Positions 63,371 to 64,000 of a stretch of 64,000 nucleotides of DNA are shown here, piece after piece. Origin of the DNA: Raillietiella orientalis (Eukaryota); NCBI GenBank assembly GCA_036172245.1, contig JAYWIR010000003.1:2604001-2668000 (forward strand), written 5' to 3'. Positions within the stretch are counted from its first letter, which is position 1; every line of letters starts with the position of its first letter. Under the pieces are notes generated by a model. The model was not told the DNA's origin and searched no databases. It saw only the letters and a list, made by a program, of their open reading frames with translations. The position numbers were made by a program, and so were the translations under genes.

Positions 63371-64000
63371 GTCAAGGGACACCTCACGAGCTGAAGGAAG
63401 AGGAGGTGTAAGAAAGGGGGATGGTTCTTGCATGGCCGTGGCAAGGAGCACGCGTGCACCCCTGCCGCACTACCTTCTCCTCTTCCTCCTCTCTGCTTCA
63501 GGAAAGGAACGGCGGCAGCGGGAGCGGTCTTCACGCTGCCACGCCCGCCCGGGGTGAAAGATCGATGGAATATCATCGAGCGGTGCGCGGACGCACAGGG
63601 AAGACGGGAGGCTGCGCAGCTTCCGGTTGCAGCGGCGTCAGCAGATGAGCGCGCGGGCGGACGAGAGCGCTCGGGAGAACAGAGGGGGAGGCGGATGGCA
63701 CGTAAAAGAGCAGGAGCAGGGTCACGGAGGATGCAGATACCTCCGAGGGATCTGGCTCCCTCCCTTTTCCCGCATCGCACGCCAGTGCGTAAAGAGGAAG
63801 TGAGGGAGAGAGGGGGGAAGCGAAGATTCCGGAGGTCTCGCAGTGAAGTCCTGCGTAAGCACGGTTACTCTCCTCAACCTTTCACTACAGGCGCAGCATC
63901 CCTCCGGACCGCAGCCTTCTCCCTTGGAGTGTAGTGCTGTCCTCCTCGGCTTCACCCGCTGCTGTGGGACCCCAGTTCGCCATCCCGAGGGCAGGACGGA

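Noticed and set aside
1..64000. Hox-cluster miRNAs (miR-iab-4/8, miR-10, miR-993)
   Set aside because: I did not see their mature sequences by eye, and they normally lie elsewhere in the cluster. A miRBase search would settle it.

Overview
This is eukaryotic (arthropod) Hox-cluster DNA. The only protein-coding feature I can support is the first coding exon of Ultrabithorax (Ubx) on the minus strand, 25454->24845. It runs MNTYFEQ...YRFPL...SCKLY...KDQNG...PVRPSVCTPD...NHTFYPWMAIAG and ends at a phase-1 GT donor. I found no homeobox in the window, so 1-24844 is Ubx intron (>24.8 kb) and ~26.3-64 kb is gene-free upstream DNA (the bxd-equivalent side facing abd-A, if gene order is canonical). The other ORFs in the track look like chance or low-complexity frames. 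The most unusual signal is a ~640-bp array of about 15 short GC-rich hairpins at 30605-31243, ~5 kb upstream of the Ubx ATG. Their sequences diverge but the fold is kept: basal GGAG/CTCC, GAAG/CTTC or GGAA/TTCC pairs, a recurrent 3' bulged G, GNRA/GNA loops, T-rich linkers, and G-T wobbles on the + strand. A second, looser hairpin cluster with similar basal stems lies at ~62.5-63.4 kb. Other points: a candidate 27-nt frame-preserving Ubx microexon (1230-1256), a ~700-nt purine-rich stretch just 5' of the ATG, a 17-Ala tract in the N-terminal arm, and a 24-bp-arm perfect palindrome at 39948-39996. All structure and motif calls were made by eye; no folding or database search was run.
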